A stretch of DNA of 64,000 bases from assembly GCA_951406725.2 (NCBI GenBank), contig OX597830.1, positions 19,840,001 through 19,904,000 of the forward strand. The letters run 5' to 3'. Position numbers and translations under genes: made by a program. Under the pieces are notes generated by a model. That model worked only from the letters and a program-made list of their open reading frames with translations. It was not told where the DNA came from and ran no database searches. Of this stretch, positions 15,820-27,644 are shown one piece after another. How positions within the stretch are numbered: the stretch's first letter is position 1; every line of letters begins with the position of its first letter. The stretch is from Octopus vulgaris. Taxonomy: Eukaryota.

Positions 15820-16178
15820 ACATGGAGGACTGGAAGCCATCTGAATATTGGAAAAGAGTTACCTGCGTCATGGTGATCCGTCCAAGTCCGTTCCCTTGGC
15901 TGTGATTTCGCGCCGACATGCTGACTGCTGTTCAATGCTCTGTAAACACTGTAAAGGCTTTAAGATGTGATATGAACATCACGAAAACTAAGTTCCCCCA
16001 AACTTATGATGGTCTTTGGGTATGTCCTGTGAGAGTGACGTCAGGCCGATACAGGGACTTTGAACAGGGACTTAGGCTCAATTCAGATGGATATTTGAAG
16101 CTGCTGGAGAGTATGGTCAAAACCTGAGTGGGTTGCTGCTGGAAGGCCATACGTTTGGCAGCATGATTCAATTCTGCC
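15820..16178 (+). mobile_element. Tc1/mariner-superfamily transposase relic (maT/DD37D-like)
   Basis: Fragments KTKFPQT/MVFG..ESDV../FEQGLRLNSDGYLKLLESMVK/VAAGRPYVWQHDS match the TKFP-x-SVMV..GRPYVFQQDSAP pattern. Internally deleted and truncated by a SINE. Confidence 0.75.
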
Positions 16179-16180
16179 AA

Positions 16181-16598
16181 GGCGGCGAGCTGGCAGAAAC
16201 GTTAGCACGCCGGACGAAATGCGTAGCCGTATTTCGTCTGCCGTTACGTTCTGAGTTCAAATTCCGCCGAGGTCGACTTTGCTTTTCATCCTTTCGAGCT
16301 CGATTAAATAAGTACCAGTTACGCACTGGGGTCGATGTAATCGACTTAATCCCTTTGTTCGTCTTTGTTTGTCCTCTCTGTGTTTAGCCCCTTGTGGGTA
16401 GTAAAGAAATAGATATTTCGTCTGCCGCTGCGTTCTGAGTTCAAATTCCGCCGAGGTCGACTTTGCCTTTCATCCTTTCGAGGTCGATTCAATAAGTACT
16501 AGTAACGCACTGGGTTCCATGTAATCGACTTAATCCCTTTGTTCGTCTTTGTTTGTCCCCTCTATGTTTAGCTCCTTGTGGGCAATAAAGAAATAAAT
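16181..16598 (+). mobile_element. SINE family B (tRNA-like head plus Meta/MESC-like domain), tandem dimer
   Basis: GGCGGCGAGCTGGCAGAAACGTTAGC head, GAGTTCAAATTCC B-box and GTCGACTTTGCCTTTCATCCTTTCGRGGTCGAT..AAGTACCAG domain. The second unit starts at about 16414. Confidence 0.88.
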
Positions 16599-16639
16599 AC
16601 AGGAAGTTCATAGCCAGGCTGAAGAAATGATTGTTGTAT

Positions 16640-16960
16640 TATCTCCGTCCGCTCAAATCGGGTGACGAATGTTCACCAAGTGGTACCATTGTGAAGCAAA
16701 CTGCAAGCTTCTTCACAAATGGCATCCTTGTCGATCAAGCCTTCCCGTTCAGTCCTTTGTTACGTTTTCACTCGAACGCCTCTCTTCCTCCTTCCTCCTT
16801 TAACTGTCCATTCGACGGCCATCATACAAGTCTCAATTGATAAGAGCAGCTTCTTATGTTTACCTGTGATGGTGTTTTGCAGTTTACTCACACCAACTCT
16901 TCTCATAATTTCATCGTTTGTGTTGAGGCTACGCTAGGTGACGCTCAGGATATTTCTAAG
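16640..16960 (-). mobile_element. Decayed RTE-clade LINE C-terminal fragment
   Basis: Minus-strand translation RNILSVT*..TNDEIMRRVGVSKLQNTI..AVEWTVKGGRRKRGVRVKT resembles the RTE C-terminal RILxISW..TNEEV..WxPxGxRxRGRPxxTW pattern. Confidence 0.65.
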
Positions 16961-16981
16961 TCAATAATTATTAATGATTAA

Positions 16982-17203
16982 CCCTTTTGTTACCATATTT
17001 CTACTGAGATGATCTGTGTTTCTGTCTATTAATTTTAAATATAATAAAGAATTTAGTAAAATAACTTCGTTATCGTTAAGCTAGTATTGAGAACATAAAT
17101 TGTAAGTAAAGTTTGGTGGAAGATTTTAATTCAGAACTTATGAAAGCAAGACATTTGTACCACAGAGCCAGAGGCAGTTTCAGGCGGGTTGGTATTGAAA
17201 GGG
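16982..17203. mobile_element. piggyBac-type MITE
   Basis: TTAA on both flanks (16978-16981 and 17204-17207). Imperfect TIRs CCCTTTTGTTACCA / TGGTATTGAAAGGG (11 of 14 match). No ORF. Confidence 0.85.
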
Positions 17204-17364
17204 TTAAATATAAAAAGTGAATAACTTTTAATTCGTTATAAAAATGCTAATTTAATACATGAAATCCACAGTAAAGTCTTACAAAATTTTCTTGTTAGAA
17301 ATCTACAATTTTTCGTACTTTTACATACACTAACATACATTATCTATCTATCTATCTATCTATG

Positions 17365-17439
<75 letters not shown>

Positions 17440-17458
17440 GTATCTATATATATATATA

Positions 17459-17527
<69 letters not shown>

Positions 17528-17933
17528 CCTCTCTCCCTCCTTAGATACAATCACACACACACACAAACACACACCGCATTTTAACGTTATCTCTACAGAT
17601 ATACAGTAGAAGTTAGAGCCAGCACTGGTTTGTTACGACGTTGCGTATACGAATACGTCTATGTAACAATGCGATCGAAGACAGAAAACTAGGTGATGGG
17701 TGTATTTGCATATTTCAGAAGTTCTTGCTCCTTCTTCAGGACCGCATCCAACCTATTAACCATCCACAAGCATATTGCGTAAATAAACACTAACTATAGC
17801 AGTGTAACAGAATAACAGAATTTGATTTACCAATTTTACATAACAAACATATTCCTTTCAGCTGGTATGTATATATTAAGTGCTGATAGAGATACTGTAT
17901 TTCGTTATGCAGTCATAATATACTAACAAGTAT

Positions 17934-18518
17934 CATCATCATCATCATCATCGTTTAACGTCCGCTTTCCATGCTAGCCTGTGTTGGACGATTTGACTGA
18001 GGACTGGCGAACCAGATGGCTCCACCAAGCTCCAATCTGATCAAGCAGACTTTCTACAGCTGTATGCCCTTTTTAACACCAACCACTCCAAGAGTGTAGT
18101 GGGTGCTTTTAGGTGCAACCGGCACGAGGGACAGTCAGGCGGTACTGGTAACGGCCACGCTTAAATTGTGTTTTTTACGTGCCACTTTTACAGGAGTGAG
18201 TCCAGCGGCACTGGCAACGACCTCGCTCGAATGCTTTTTCAGGTGCCACCGGCACGGAAGTCAGTCAGCTGCTCTGGCAACCATCACGCTCAGATGGCGC
18301 TGTTAGCGCTCCACTGGCACGGGTGCCATTCATCGAATTTGATTCGATTTCGATTTCACTTGCCTCAACAAGTCTTCGCAAGCAGAGTTTAGTATCCAAT
18401 GAAGGAAAGGTACGCATAAGTGGGCTGGTTACACCCCTGGCATAGGCCATGGGTTATGGTCTCACTTGACTTGCCGAGTCTTCTCACACACTGCATATTT
18501 CCAAAGGTCTCGGTCACT
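17934..18518 (-). mobile_element. RTE-like 3' end with a long 3' UTR containing a Nin-like domain and (GAT)n tail
   Basis: Minus strand encodes SDRDLWKYAVCEKTRQVK* (RTE-type DRxxW end), then ~60-bp subrepeats, GGTTGGTGTTAAAAAGGGCATACAGCTGTAGAAA (Nin-like) and CATGGAAAGCGGACGTTAAAC(GAT)n. Confidence 0.75.
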
Positions 18519-18833
18519 AATATATAAATATATATATATATATATATATGCGTGTGTGTGTGTGTGTGTGCGTGCGTGTGTGTGTATGTATGTATGTATG
18601 TATGTATGTATGTATGTATGTATGTATGTATGTATGTATGAATGTATGTATGTCTAATATCCATTTTCTTCTCCTACATATATATACATATGTGTGTGTG
18701 TGTGTGTGTGTGGAATGTGTGTGTGTGTGTAGGAGAAGAAAATGGATATAATAACAATGGGAAGCTCGTGGTTCTCGCTGGTATGTCTTCAATTAAATAG
18801 AAAGCAAAGAAGGAAGAGGCAGAGATGAGGATA

Positions 18834-18884
18834 GCATTTACGATCGTTTCAATTTACTGGTTTAAATAAATCTCTTCAGAATGC
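18834..18884 (-). ncRNA. Minimal type-I hammerhead ribozyme with intact core
   Basis: GCATT-CTGAAGA-GATTTA(tttaaaccag)TAAATT-GAAA-CGATCG-TA-AATGC: 5-bp stem I, 6-bp stem II (G-U closing), palindromic stem III (ACGATCGT) and GUA cleavage triplet. Confidence 0.85.
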
Positions 18885-18922
18885 AAGTATAGAAACCCCT
18901 ATAACTTGATACCTATATATCC

Positions 18923-18995
<73 letters not shown>

Positions 18996-19220
18996 TACAC
19001 GACATGTTGCTTTCAGTTTCCATCTGCCGAACGAGGTATTGATTGGCCTGGGATTATAGTAGAGAACAATTTACTATGGTACTGTGAAGTAGGGCTGAAC
19101 CTGAAACTACGTCGTTACAAAGCAAGCTTTTTAACACTCGCACATCTCCCTGCATACATAAATACATACATACCTACATACATATGTATATATATATAAA
19201 TATACACGCGCACGCACGCA

Positions 19221-19274
<54 letters not shown>

Positions 19275-19434
19275 GGCGTAGGAGTGGCTGTGTGGTAAGT
19301 AGCTTGCTTACGAACCACATGATTCCGGGTTCAGTACTTCTGCGTGACACCTTGGGCAAGTGTCTTCTACTATAGCCTCGGGCCGACCAAAACCTTTTGA
19401 GTAGATTTGGTAGACGGAAACTGAAAGAAGCCCG

Positions 19435-19513
<79 letters not shown>

Positions 19514-19731
19514 CATGTATGTATGTGTGTATAAGTTTGTGTGTCTGTGTTGGTCCCTCCGCCAACATCGCTTAGCGCTCTCCGTAACTTAGCGGTTCAG
19601 CAAAAAAGACCGATAGAATAAGTTCTAGGCTTACAAAGAATAAGTCCTGGGGTCGATTTACTCGACTAAAGGCGGTGCTCCAGCATGGCCACAGTCAAAT
19701 GACTGAAACAAGTAAAAGAGTAAAGAGTAAA
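19275..19731 (+). mobile_element. SINE family A, near full length
   Basis: Same head, internal (TA)n and 3' module as 6164-6598. Confidence 0.9.
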
Positions 19732-19745
19732 GTTATGTCTATATC

Positions 19746-19794
<49 letters not shown>

Positions 19795-19814
19795 ACACAC
19801 ACACACACACACAC

Positions 19815-19937
<123 letters not shown>

Positions 19938-20343
19938 TATTAAGCGACGTGTTGCCATTGCAGATCCGGGATGAGATGCGATATGTTTATTGACAGAATA
20001 ATTGCTGACTTTGGGTTTGAACTAAGGAAAAGTGCGCATGCGTATATGAAGGTAAACAATCATTACGTCAGAAAACAGCTTTAATTCTTGAATTCTTTCG
20101 TTCTTTTATCATTTAAGACTTGTCGATAGTTTATGCCTGCTGGTTCCATTGTTTGCTACAGGCGGTTGAGGTTATTTTTAGATACATGTTTAATTTCGAA
20201 ATTTAATCCTCTTTCAACATGGACAGTGAATCTCTTTAAAAAAATTATTCTTAGCGAAACTGTGAAGACAAATCAGATGTGATTAAAAATGGTAAACCAA
20301 CACCTGAACAAAAAAAGAGCTTCAACAACGAAAAGGTAAGAAG

Positions 20344-20428
<85 letters not shown>

Positions 20429-20490
20429 TAATAATAATAATAAAAATAATATTAATAATAATAATAATAATAATAATAGTAATAATAATA

Positions 20491-20575
<85 letters not shown>

Positions 20576-20577
<2 letters not shown>

Positions 20578-21131
20578 GCCCTGATGCAGTACCAGGCAGT
20601 GGCTCTCATGGCTTCTGATCTTAACTGATTGGAAGTGTTATCATGTACATTGTTTTGTCTTGGTATAAAAGATGGGCTACAGCAAATATTCTGCTCAATA
20701 CCACACATTTGCTTGTCAGTTGTTTGACCTTAACCAGTTGAGCATGTCCCTTAGTGGCTGACGATATGTGCATCTCTGATCACGAGCAGAAGTAGTGGAG
20801 GAGAATCATAGCCATGTGTTGAGAAGGATTCTTTGGGGTTTGAATAATTCACCTCTGGAAACATGGGTGTTTCGTTCAACGTCCTTAAACAACCCTTATT
20901 CAGGGACCTTTTGAGAGGGATGGGTTACTCGATCTGAAGAAAATTCTAACTGGGCTCCACCTGCAAGGTCATGTACTGTTTATCTTGATATGAGATCACC
21001 ATGTCGCGCACATATGGTTGTGATGCATGTGCCTAGTGTACCTTTATCAGACGGGTAGTCATGATGGGTATACTGGGCTTCGTATATTTTACCCCAGTGT
21101 CACTTTGATGGCATGCTCTGCTCGCTCACAC
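20576..21131 (+). mobile_element. ~556-bp non-coding element in (TAA)n, copy 1
   Basis: Runs ATGCCCTGATGCAGTACCAGG..GCTCGCTCACAC and is flanked on both sides by (TAA)n. Near-identical to 22972-23527. Confidence 0.9.
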
Positions 21132-21221
21132 AATAATAATAATAATAATAAAAATAATATTAATAATAATAATAATAATAGTAATAATAATAATAGTAAT
21201 AATAATAATAATAATAATAAT

Positions 21222-21535
21222 AGCTACCTAACTCAGATACCAGGAAACCCAAAAATGGCAGTTCAAAAGATAGTGCTCATGGGAACTGCTCATATCCTAC
21301 GCAAAATACTCTCTATGTAATCTCAAGGTTTAAAACAAACATAATTTTCGGTTTAAAAAAAAAAAAAAAACTTTTTTTTTTTTTTAGACATTCATTAGTA
21401 CAACATCCCCACCCCCCAAATATATGGCACACTAGGCATAACAACAACATGAACTTCCAACCCTGTTGTCTCTTGAGGTCTCTGGGTGAGACTTGGAGCC
21501 AACTTGTACAAATATAAAGCAAAAGTCAAACATAG
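21222..21535 (+). mobile_element. R4/Dong-type non-LTR element, 5'-truncated 3' end (lineage 1)
   Basis: SYLTQIPGNPKMAVQKIVLMGTAHILRKILSM* plus 3' UTR, flanked by (TAA)n. Confidence 0.85.
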
Positions 21536-21551
21536 AATAATAATAATAATC

Positions 21552-21592
<41 letters not shown>

Positions 21593-21602
<10 letters not shown>

Positions 21603-21810
21603 TATTCAGACAAATACATAACAAAAACACCAGGACTTACAAACACATATAACATACAGAAAATTGCACTACTAGGCACTGCACACATCCTACGCAGAAC
21701 ACTTTCCATACAATAACCATCAGAGCATCACAACAAATCACAGCACATACCCAAGGCACACAGAGCTGCGCTCGGTAGTGAAGTGAAAGCACGCTATAAA
21801 AATAAAACTA

Positions 21811-21813
<3 letters not shown>
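21593..21813 (+). mobile_element. R4/Dong-type non-LTR element, 5'-truncated 3' end (lineage 2)
   Basis: IKKYSDKYITKTPGLTNTYNIQKIALLGTAHILRRTLSIQ* plus a different 3' UTR, flanked by (TAA)n. Confidence 0.85.
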
Positions 21814-21857
<44 letters not shown>

Positions 21858-21858
21858 C

Positions 21859-21894
<36 letters not shown>

Positions 21895-21923
21895 CTAATA
21901 CTAATAATAATAATAATAATAAT

Positions 21924-21974
<51 letters not shown>

Positions 21975-21994
21975 AATAATAATAATAATAAATT

Positions 21995-22198
21995 CTTTCT
22001 ACAAAAGACACAAGGCCTGACATTTGGGGGGAGGTGGATAATCGATTACATCGATCCCAATGCTCCAAGGTACTTATCGACCCTAAAAGGATGAAAGGAA
22101 AAGCCGAGCTCAGCAGGATTTGAACTCAGAACGTGAAAATGGACGTAATACCGCCAAGCAGTGTGCCCGGCGTGTTAACAATTCTGCCAGCTCGCCAC
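21995..22198 (-). mobile_element. SINE family B (alternative tail)
   Basis: Reverse complement of GGTGGCGAGCTGGCAGAAT..GTTCTGAGTTCAAAT..CTTTCATCCTTT..AGGCCTTGTG. Confidence 0.8.
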
Positions 22199-22219
22199 CA
22201 TAATAATAATAATAACAAC

Positions 22220-22317
<98 letters not shown>

Positions 22318-22449
22318 GAAGAAGAAGAAGAAGAAGAAGAAGAATTTCATTTATTTGCCACCAGGGTGGATGAGGGGGACAATGCAAAGACATACACAAA
22401 GTGTGAGGATTTACTTATAATGAAATGATAATATTCTCTTTGTCTTCTC

Positions 22450-22645
22450 TTTTTTCTCTTTTACTCGTTTCATTCATTTGACTGAGGCCATTCTGGAGCA
22501 CCGCCTTTAGTCGAGCAAATCGACCCCCCACCCAAGACTTATTCTTTGTAAGCCTAGTACTTATTCTATCGATCTCTTTTGCCGAACCGCTAAATTACGG
22601 GGATGTAAACACACCAGCATCAGTTGTCAAATGATGTTGAGGACA

Positions 22646-22682
<37 letters not shown>

Positions 22683-22870
22683 TTATATACATATATATAC
22701 AGATATACGACGAGCTTCTTTCAGTTGACGTCTACCAAATCCACTCACAAGGCTTTGGTCGGCCCGAGGCTATAGTAGAAGACACTTGCCCAAGGTGCCA
22801 CGCAGTAGGACTGAACTCGGACCCATGTGGTTCGTAAACAAGCTACTTACCACACAGCCACTCCTGCGCC
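22450..22870 (-). mobile_element. SINE family A, full length
   Basis: Reverse complement of the 6164-6598 sequence. Confidence 0.9.
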
Positions 22871-22891
22871 TATATGATTAAAATAATAATA

Positions 22892-22971
<80 letters not shown>

Positions 22972-22973
<2 letters not shown>

Positions 22974-23527
22974 GCCCTGATGCAGTACCAGGCAGTGGCT
23001 CTCATGGCTTCTGATCTTAACTGATTGGAAGTGTTATCATGTACATTGTTTTGTCTTGGTATAAAAGATGGGCTACAGCAAATATTCTGCTCAATACCAC
23101 ACATTTGCTTGTCAGTTGTTTGACCTTAACCATTTGGGCATGTCCCTTAGTGGCTGACGATATGTGCATCTCTGATCACGAGCAGAAGTAGTGGGGGAGC
23201 ATCATAGCCATGTGTTGAGAGGGATTCTTTGGGGTTTGAATAATTCACCTCTGGAAACATGGGTGGTTTTTTCAACACCCTTAAACAACCCTTATTCAGG
23301 GACCTTTTGAGCGGGATGGGCTACTCAACCTGAAGAAAATTCTAACTGGGCCCCACCTGCAAGGTCATGTGCTGTTTATCTTGATATGAGATCACCATGT
23401 CGCGCACATATGGTTGTGATGCATGTGCCTGGTGTACCTTTATCAGACGGGTAGTCATGATGGGTATACTGGGCTTCGTATATTTTACCCCAGTGTCACT
23501 TTGATGGCATGCACTGCTCGCTCACAC
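22972..23527 (+). mobile_element. ~556-bp non-coding element in (TAA)n, copy 2
   Basis: Same 5' and 3' ends as 20576-21131, flanked by (TAA)n. Confidence 0.9.
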
Positions 23528-23568
<41 letters not shown>

Positions 23569-23649
23569 ATAATAAAAAAAATAATAATGAAAATTTTCAA
23601 ACCACGTGATGCAGTGAGAAAAAAATGTGGTTGTGTCTTTTATTTTTAC

Positions 23650-23849
23650 TTGTTTTACTCATTGGACTGCGGCCATGCTGGAACACTATTTTCTAGGGTT
23701 TTAATCGAAAAGATCGTTTTCAGTACTTATTGTTATGTTTGGTACTCATTCTATCGGAGCCTTTTGACCGAACTGCTAGCTTATGGGGACGTAAACAAAC
23801 CGACACAAATTGTCAAGTGTGATGAGACAAACACAGACACACAGACACA

Positions 23850-23947
<98 letters not shown>

Positions 23948-24430
23948 GCTTCCACAGTTTCTGTCTACCAAATTCACTCACAAGCCATTGGTCGGCCCGG
24001 TCTATAGGCGAAGCTCAATGCACCTCAATGCGCCTCAATGTGCCTCAAAGCGTCGCACAGTGAAACTGACCCTGAAACCACGTGGCTCTTTACGTTCTGA
24101 GTTCAAATACCAGCAAAGTCAACTTTGCCGTGCCTCCTTTCGGGGTCGAAAAAAATAGAATACCTGTCAAGAACTGGGGGTCGCTGTAATCAACATGTCT
24201 CCTTCCACTAGACTTGCTGGTTTTACCTTTTTATTCTTTTACTTGTCTCAGCCATACTGGAGCACTGCCTTTAGTCGAAGGAATCGACTTCCTGGACTTA
24301 TTCTTTGTAAGCCTAGTAGTTATTCTATCGGTTCTCTTTTTGCCGAACCGCTAAGTTACGGGAACGCAAACACACCAACACCTGTTGTCAGGCGATGGTG
24401 ACGGGGGTGGGGCAAACACAGACACACAAA
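23650..24430. mobile_element. Cluster of decayed SINE A (minus strand) and SINE B (plus strand) fragments
   Basis: Recognisable TGCGGCCATGCTGG, CTACCAAATTCACTCACAAG and GTTCTGAGTTCAAAT motifs. Confidence 0.7.
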
Positions 24431-24975
24431 CACATATATATATATTGCGAAGATAATCTGGTATTCGACTGAGGAAAAAAAACTTCGAATGACCCGTCCT
24501 TGTTTTCTTTGTATTGTCTCTCTGGATGTTTTGTTGTCCCATTTTTGTATCATCTGACTGTCCGGATGTTTTGCGTTCTTGTCCCATTTTGTATTTGTTA
24601 TATATATATATATATACATACATACATACATACATACATACATACATGCATGCATTCATACATACATACATACATAATACATACATACATACATACATAC
24701 ATACATACATACATAATACATACATACATACATACATACATACATACATACATACATACATACATACATACATACATACATACATACATACATACATACA
24801 TACATACATACGTACATACATACATACATGCATACATACATACATACATACATACATACATACATACATACATACATACATACATACAACGGGTTTCTTT
24901 CAGTTTCCGTCTTCACAATCCACTCACAAGGCTTTGGTCGGCTCGGGGCTATAGCAGAAGACACTTACCCTAGGT

Positions 24976-25430
24976 ATTGTTCTTTTGTCCAGTGGGTATG
25001 GTGAAAGAGGTTCTGTGGTGGACGAGGACACCTTCCACTTCGGTCAAACCCTCATCGACATTTTTAAGCTCAGCTTGGAAAAGAAAGTGAGGGTGAATTT
25101 GTTAAAAGATGGGTAACTCTGGCAAAAATGTTTAGAGTGAATGCTCCTACACTATATATGTACCTGTAGACTGGAGAACAAGAGAGCAGACACATGCTTT
25201 TGGTAGTCAAGGTAATCGGGATCTGTGGTGTTCTTTGGTTGGCCCCTAGTTGGTGTTTCCCCCATATTATTATATAATAACATCATTCATGCTGTTGCTT
25301 GCTTTGTATGTTATGTTTACTTCCATCACATTTCATCATTTTTCCATTTCTTCTCCCTTATTATTTACATAAAGCCCCACACAAATTATTGTATGTCCTT
25401 CTGATGTCCCATTTACCTATGCTCTTATGG
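24976..25430 (+). mobile_element. Probable Tx1/L1-type ORF2 C-terminus and 3' UTR relic
   Basis: FFCPVGMVKEVLWWTR../GQTLIDIFKLSLEKKVR../EFVKRWVTLAKMFRVNAPTLYMYL* resembles the K-xx-W-xx-R..F-xx-W C-terminal pattern. Confidence 0.55.
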
Positions 25431-26131
25431 CGTATATATTATTTATAAGCTTTATATATTTTGAGTTCGTTCCACCGTCAGAAACGATTTATTTCACATC
25501 TCTCAAACTTCACAAATAGTTATGATGTAAGCGACGTACTATCGTCCATGCTTCAACCGAGCAGCGAAAACTCACCGTTACAAGAAAGCAACAGCCTGTC
25601 TGTCTGTCTACACAGCATTGAATCTGATAAGGACGAGCAGATTCTTCGTCATCGGTAGATAGATATATGATGTCAACCAACACTCCCGGGGTGAGAATTC
25701 GAGAAAAAAAAAAAGAAGAAAAGGAAAGAGGATGTTTTAGCGATACTCTAAGATATGAATATATGAATATATGTGATAGACGTAAACGTGTTGATAATAA
25801 TAAGAAAAACTGTATATCTAAAGGAAAATATTAATAAAAAAAAAAAAAAATAGCTCCAGCCTCTTACTCACACATTTCAACTCGCCGTAGTTCAGCAAGG
25901 AACAAAAAAAAAAAAAAAAAAGAGACTCGGTGTCCACTTTAACTGATACGTCATGCACTACTGACTGAAATATTGAAGATCGGTGTGCTTTTGTTTGTTT
26001 TTTTTTTCATTGTTTTTTTTTTTCATTTTTTTGTTTCATTTTTTGTTTCATCTTTCAAGAAAACACGTAGACGCATACATACACACACACATACATACAT
26101 ACATACATACACACACACATACATACATACA

Positions 26132-26167
<36 letters not shown>

Positions 26168-26174
26168 CATACAT

Positions 26175-26209
<35 letters not shown>

Positions 26210-26261
26210 CACATAGATAACACGTAGACGCATACATACATACATACATACATACATACAT

Positions 26262-26294
<33 letters not shown>

Positions 26295-26333
26295 TATATA
26301 TATATAAATATATGTATATTTATATATATATAT

Positions 26334-26436
<103 letters not shown>

Positions 26437-26737
26437 TATATATATACATATATGTACACATATATACGTATATATATATGTGTGTGTATATATATATATA
26501 TGAATATATATATGTATATGTATATATATACACACACAAACATACATACATACACACACATATATATAGAGAGAGGGAGAGTGAGAGATTGAGAGATAGA
26601 GAGAAGTTGAACAGATAGATAAACATAAGCACATACGCACACATACACAAATACACACATATACATATCTTTACATCTATACTTACATATACACATTCAC
26701 TCATCACGCACAAGCACATATATACACTTACATACAT

Positions 26738-26786
<49 letters not shown>

Positions 26787-27553
26787 GAGAGAAAGAAGCT
26801 GGGTAGAGAGATATACATTGGTACACACGCATATACACAACACGCATATATATATATTTCCATATACACCTCGAAAAGTACATGCCAACATAAGTGTGTA
26901 TATATATATGTGTGTATGTATGTATGTATGTATGTATGTATGTATGTATGTATGTATGTATGTATGTATGTATGTATGTATGTATGTATGTATGTATGTA
27001 TGTATGTATGTATGCATGCATGCATGTATGTATGTATGTATGTATGTATGTATGTATGTATGTATGTATGTATGTATGCATGTATGTATATATGTATGTG
27101 TTTGTGTGTGTATGTGTTTGTGTGTGTGTATGTATGTATGTATGTATGTATATATGTATGTATGTATGTATGTATATATGTATGTATGTGTTTGTGTGTA
27201 TGTATGTATGTATGTGTCGCCGCCAATTATACTACTACTGGAAGCTCATCGTCACCCCCTGAACCATCGCCAGTGGCACCCAAAATACTATAACCACGAC
27301 CACAACAGCCACCTCTACTAATACTACCACTAGTACTACAGCATCACTATTACAACGACTAAGTAAGACTACCACCACCACCACCTGCACCACCACGTGC
27401 ACGACCACCACCTGCACCAACACCACCACCACCTGCGCCACGACAAACCAACACCTGCACCACCACATACCAACACCTGCACACTAACACCGTTACGATG
27501 ATGAGGACCACCATTACCACCACCACCACCACAACCACCACGATTACTGCTTG

Positions 27554-27644
<91 letters not shown>

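Noticed and set aside
20219-20340. ATG..AAG|GTAAG exon-like segment
   Set aside because: In-frame stop after six codons. More likely a decayed transposon piece of undetermined class.
20755-20880. CTGACGA..GAAAC inside the 556-bp element as a hammerhead, and GCCCTGA/TCAGGGA as an HDV P1 helix
   Set aside because: No stem I or properly closed stem II, and no P1.1/P3/L3 arrangement could be fitted.
20340-23570. Repeat-spacer-like alternation resembling a CRISPR array
   Set aside because: The repeats are variable-length (TAA)n, the 'spacers' are retroelement fragments of hundreds of bp, there are no cas genes, and the context is eukaryotic.
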